NCBI GenBank assembly: GCA_027039485.1
Contig: JALWDZ010000016.1
Span: forward strand, 1-62,517
DNA length: 62,517 nt
Source of the DNA: Candidatus Shapirobacteria bacterium
GTDB taxonomy: Bacteria > Patescibacteriota > Microgenomatia > UBA12405 > UBA6130
Direction: 5' to 3'
In this document: piece by piece, positions 61,448-62,517 of the stretch
Position numbering within the stretch: the stretch's first letter is position 1
Layout: each line of letters opens with the position of its first letter
Notes under the pieces: generated by a model
What the model saw: only the letters and a program-made list of their open reading frames with translations
Databases searched by the model: none
What the model was told of the DNA's origin: nothing
Made by a program: the position numbers and the translations under genes

Positions 61448-61903
61448 TTACCTAAATCCTAAACAATGACCAAATACCAAAATTCCAAACAATATAATTT
61501 AGAAGAGAGGACTTTTATTTTTGCCCAACAAGTAAGGAAGTTTGTTTCGCAGATTAAGAAGGATTTTGGGGTTATCGATGATATCAAACAATTGGTTAGA
61601 TCATCAGGCTCGGTAGCGGCTAATTACATTGAAGCTAATGAAGCTTTAAGTAAGAAAGATTTTGTGCATAGAATCAAAATTTGTCGCAAAGAAGCTAAAG
61701 AGACTAAGCTATGGCTTAAACTATTACGGCTTTCTTCATCCATGGAGGAAAAAGAAAGAGAGAGGCTAATAGGGGAAGTTACTGAATTGATGAAAATTTT
61801 TGGCGCCATATTGGAAAAATGTCGCTATAATTAGTTTAGAACATTAGAAAATTTGAAATTTGGTTATTGTTTAGAAAATTAGAATTTAGAGATTAGGATT
61901 TTT
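61432..61903. mobile_element. Full-length low-complexity hairpin element, copy E, carrying the four-helix-bundle gene in its loop
   Basis: The left arm attctaaatcctaattacctaaatcctaaacaatgaccaaatacc and the right arm gaaatttggttattgtttagaaaattagaatttagagattaggattt are homologous to the arms of copies A, B and D. Mobility is not demonstrated. Confidence 0.5.
61466..61834 (+). CDS. Four-helix-bundle protein (23S rRNA intervening-sequence protein family)
   Basis: LEERTFIFAQQVRKF…LVRSSGSVAANYIEANEALSKKDFVHRIKICRKEAKETKLWLKLL matches the hallmark motifs of this family. 122 aa. Confidence 0.85.
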   Translation: MTKYQNSKQYNLEERTFIFAQQVRKFVSQIKKDFGVIDDIKQLVRSSGSVAANYIEANEALSKKDFVHRIKICRKEAKETKLWLKLLRLSSSMEEKERERLIGEVTELMKIFGAILEKCRYN

Positions 61904-61910
61904 GCCTTTG

Positions 61911-62517
61911 ATGAAATCTTTAATTTACGATCCTTATCTTGATACTCTTGGCGGCGGGGAACGTTATTGCCTGACGGTAGCCGAGTGCTTGCTTAAAAAA
62001 GGTTGGCAGGTGGATTTGTTTTGGGATAGCGACGCCGAAATAAAAAAAGCTCTTAAGAGGTTTGATCTCCGAATAGAACAAGTTGGCTTGGTAGGCAAAA
62101 AACCGACGGCTTTATCTTTGTGGGAAAAATTTGAGCTGGAAAGGCACTACGATTTGATTTTTTGGCTTTCTGACGGCAGCTTGCCTTTTCTTTGGGGAAG
62201 AAAAAATATTCTTCATTTCCAAGTTCCTTTTAATAACATTAAGCCGCAGGCACCTTGGCGAAAAATTTGGCAAAGAATCAAATTGGGGCGGATAAAAGCA
62301 ATAGTTTGCAATTCTCAATTTACTAAGCAAGTTGTCGACGCTCAGTTGGGTGTAAATTCTATTATTCTGTATCCTCCCGTCGATGTGGAAAAGTTTGCCT
62401 TAGGGAAAAAGAAAAAGAAGAACATTATTTTAGCGGTAGGACGTTTTGAAGAGACAATGCAGGCAAAAAGGCAGGATATTTTAATAAAGGCGTTCCAAAA
62501 AATGATCGATAAAGGAT
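61911..62517 (+). CDS. GT4-family (GT-B fold) glycosyltransferase, 3'-truncated by the window end
   Basis: Manual translation from ATG 61911: MKSLIYDPYLDTLGGGERYCLTVAECLLKKGWQVDLFWDS…CNSQFTKQ…ILAVGRFEETMQAKRQDILIKAF. Open to the end of the window; not in the ORF track. Confidence 0.7.
   Translation, partial: MKSLIYDPYLDTLGGGERYCLTVAECLLKKGWQVDLFWDSDAEIKKALKRFDLRIEQVGLVGKKPTALSLWEKFELERHYDLIFWLSDGSLPFLWGRKNILHFQVPFNNIKPQAPWRKIWQRIKLGRIKAIVCNSQFTKQVVDAQLGVNSIILYPPVDVEKFALGKKKKKNIILAVGRFEETMQAKRQDILIKAFQKMIDKG

Noticed and set aside
61466-61834. That the four-helix-bundle gene marks a diversity-generating retroelement (Avd-like accessory protein), with the LTD/FN3 surface proteins as targets.
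   Set aside because: There is no reverse transcriptase. No template/variable repeat pair was detectable. The gene is 27 kb from the LTD/FN3 genes.
61432-61903. That the element is a genuine 23S rRNA intervening sequence.
   Set aside because: No rRNA sequence is present anywhere in the window, and the element lies between two glycosyltransferase genes.

Overview
This 62.5-kb bacterial window has a G+C content in the mid-40s % (hand-sampled) and is densely coded. No rRNA genes, CRISPR arrays, transposases or integrases are visible.

Gene content, in order:
- Housekeeping genes: recJ, aspS, dacA-like, era, lon, greA, lysS, serS, secA, prfB, ftsEX, trmD, tsaD, a tsaC-tsaE fusion, tRNA-Glu(CUC) and tRNA-Pro(CGG).
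- A GldA/F/G-type ABC operon.
- A sortase with an LPQAG substrate.
- A TasA/SipW-like surface-protein locus.
- A roughly 20-kb glycosylation supercluster (42.5 kb to the window end) with seven soluble glycosyltransferases, six large polytopic GT-C-like membrane proteins and a Wzx-like flippase.

The compact or fused enzymes (AspRS without the GAD insertion, TsaC-TsaE, PAP2-polyprenol kinase), the GT-C richness and a four-helix-bundle gene are consistent with a reduced-genome, CPR-like (Microgenomates/Parcubacteria-type) lineage. That placement is inference only.

The most unusual signals:
1. A SipW-type signal peptidase fused in frame to a large exoprotein that carries its own SipW-class cleavage signature, next to a TasA/camelysin-like gene.
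2. A G+C-rich orphan mini-gene wrapped in long-range RNA structure between lon and tRNA-Glu.
3. A dispersed family of long low-complexity hairpin elements. One copy carries a four-helix-bundle (23S-IVS-type) gene in its loop and the others look like empty derivatives. A second family of GC-rich hairpin modules is also present.
4. A leader-peptide terminator/antiterminator in front of greA.
5. A recurrent arrangement of a -10 box 5-9 nt before the start codon, suggesting leaderless mRNAs.

All protein calls come from motifs I recognised in the supplied translations. No database search was run.
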